Shown here: positions 62,336 through 64,000 of the stretch, piece by piece
Position numbering within the stretch: position 1 is the stretch's first letter
Layout: each line of letters starts with the position of its first letter
DNA from: Candidatus Marinacidobacterales bacterium
GTDB taxonomy: Bacteria; Acidobacteriota; Vicinamibacteria; Marinacidobacterales; SMYC01
Assembly: GCA_965237955.1 (NCBI GenBank)
Contig: OZ250169.1
Coordinates: 5,888,001 to 5,952,000, forward strand
Direction: 5' to 3'
DNA length: 64,000 nucleotides
Made by a program: the position numbers and the translations under genes
The notes under the pieces: model-generated
Database searches by the model: none
Told to the model about the DNA's origin: nothing
The model's input: the letters and a program-made list of their open reading frames with translations, nothing else

Positions 62336-64000
62336 TCAATGAAAATCGCGACTCTTGATACGATTAGGTTCGAGAGAGAGCTTCGGCTTCCATAGCTCGT
62401 CCACGACGATGTGGACTACGCTCTGCTCGGATTGAACCTTACCCGTGGCGCCGAGAAAAGGCGTTGTCTTGGCAAGGACGGCGTACTCTTGAAACTTCTT
62501 GGGCCAGACGACGAGGTTCACGAAACCGGTTTCGTCTTCGAGGGTCATGAATGTCACTCCGGAAGCCGTGCCCGGACGCTGGCGGCAAATGACGAGTCCG
62601 GCGAAGCGCACCCGACGACCATTGCGCATCCCGGCAACGGTTCTGGCATCAGGCAATTTCTGCGCTTTCAGAACTTCGCGCAAGGGCGCTAGGGGATGTC
62701 CGTGCGTGCTGTGAGACGACGCGTCGTAGTCCCAGGCGATGGTCTCGAAGGCGTCGAGCTCGGGGAACGAGACATCGGTCTCGGGAACGGATAGAAATGT
62801 GTCAGGATCGTCCTTCCTGAGTCCTCGTGCTTTCCAAAGAGCGGAGCGGCGCGTCGCCTCGAATCCCTGGAACGCACCCGCCTCCGCAAGCGCGGTGAGC
62901 GCTTTCTCGTCGAGGCGGGTTCGCTTCGAGAAATCTTCCATCGACGCGAACGGACTTTCATGCCGCGCTTTCTCGATGCCCTCCCAATCACCTTCGCCAA
63001 GACCCTTGACGTAGCGGAGCCCCATGCGCACCGCTTCACCTATCATCGTGCAATCCCAATCGCTCGTGCGGACGTCGACGGGGAAGTAGTGGACGCCTCG
63101 TCTCTTGCCGTCGTCGATGATCGTCGCGGGAGAGTAGAAGCCCATGGGCTGTGCGTTCAAGAGCGCGCAGATAAACTCTGCCGGGTAGTGACAGAGAAGA
63201 TAGGAAGCTGCATAGCTGATGAGGGCGAAGCTCGCCGCGTGGCTTTCGGGAAAACCATATTCGCCGAAGCCCGTGATCTGCTGGAACACCCGCTCGGCGA
63301 ACTCGATCGCGATGCCTTTGGCTTGCATGCGGGTCACGAGTCTCTCGCGGTGGCGTTCGATGCGACCCGTTCGTCTCCATGCGGCCATGTCGCGACGAAG
63401 TTGATCGGCTTCGCCGGGAGTGTAGTCGGCGGCGACGACCGCGAGGCGCATGACTTGTTCTTGAAAGAGCGGGATGCCCAGTGTCTTTTCGAGAACGGGT
63501 CTCAAGAGCTCGTGAGGGTAGGTGATGGGCTCTTCACCGTTTCTCCGGCGCAAGTAGGGATGCACCATGCCACCGGTGATGGGACCGGGACGGACGATGC
63601 TGACTTCGATGACGAGGTCGTAATAGTGACGAGGCTTCAGACGCGGGAGCATCGCCATTTGCGCCCGGCTCTCGATTTGAAAAACCCCGACCGTTTCCGA
63701 GCGGCAGATCATGTCGAAGGTCGCTTCGTCGTCCGGGGGGATCGTCGCCATGGAAAGCTCGATGCCCCGATGTTCCTGGAGGAGCCGAAAGCAGAGATCG
63801 AGCTGGGTGAGGGCACCGAGACCCAGCAAATCGACTTTGAACAGACCGAGCGCTTCGATGTCGTCCTTGTCCCATTGGATGACAGTGCGATCTTCCATGG
63901 TGGCGTTTTCAATCGGTACCAGCTGGTACACGGGCTCTTGGCCCAGCAGGAAACCGCCGGGATGGATCGACAGATGCCGCGGGAAATCGAGGATGGTGTT
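62336..64000 (-). CDS. dnaE2: Error-prone DNA polymerase DnaE2 (5' part outside window)
   Basis: [41 protein letters not shown] and the diagnostic C-terminal SRDFH. Confidence 0.96.
   Translation of the reverse strand, partial: NTILDFPRHLSIHPGGFLLGQEPVYQLVPIENATMEDRTVIQWDKDDIEALGLFKVDLLGLGALTQLDLCFRLLQEHRGIELSMATIPPDDEATFDMICRSETVGVFQIESRAQMAMLPRLKPRHYYDLVIEVSIVRPGPITGGMVHPYLRRRNGEEPITYPHELLRPVLEKTLGIPLFQEQVMRLAVVAADYTPGEADQLRRDMAAWRRTGRIERHRERLVTRMQAKGIAIEFAERVFQQITGFGEYGFPESHAASFALISYAASYLLCHYPAEFICALLNAQPMGFYSPATIIDDGKRRGVHYFPVDVRTSDWDCTMIGEAVRMGLRYVKGLGEGDWEGIEKARHESPFASMEDFSKRTRLDEKALTALAEAGAFQGFEATRRSALWKARGLRKDDPDTFLSVPETDVSFPELDAFETIAWDYDASSHSTHGHPLAPLREVLKAQKLPDARTVAGMRNGRRVRFAGLVICRQRPGTASGVTFMTLEDETGFVNLVVWPKKFQEYAVLAKTTPFLGATGKVQSEQSVVHIVVDELWKPKLSLEPNRIKSRDFH

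Noticed and set aside
1-64000. tRNA, rRNA or CRISPR loci
   Set aside because: None recognised by eye; a covariance-model scan would be needed to exclude small RNAs such as selC.

Overview
GC-rich bacterial chromosomal window. Gene content and order (LptC/LptA fusion-lptB-rpoN-hpf-rapZ-EIIA-HPr-ptsI, psd-pssA-asd-like, FG-GAP/ASPIC proteins) resemble Acidobacteriota; this is an inference. A housekeeping backbone (miaE, mscS, malQ, sppA, mutS, tsaB-rimI, psd-pssA, guaA, dnaE, accA, lpt, rpoN/PTS, dnaE2) is heavily invaded by insertion sequences: IS110, an IS256 nested in another IS256, three IS630 copies, an IS3, and a 7.2-kb IS1595-family cargo transposon that itself contains an IS21 and an IS630. 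Each gene-splitting insertion has a readable target-site duplication (TSD), so the interrupted genes can be rebuilt. The top lead is the gene split by the IS1595 element. Rebuilt, it is a single ~908-codon secreted FG-GAP/ASPIC-UnbV/thioredoxin-fold ORF whose only internal stop is an in-frame TGA (54882-54884). That TGA is followed by a hairpin with bacterial SECIS geometry, which makes this a candidate selenoprotein. Other leads: the IS1595 cargo (stand-alone GIY-YIG, AT-hook peptide, secreted protein), a TIR-TPR-TIR protein, a structured 500-nt IS256 leader, and two families of intergenic tandem/inverted repeats. Several frameshifts may be assembly errors. All functional calls come from motif recognition only, without database searches.
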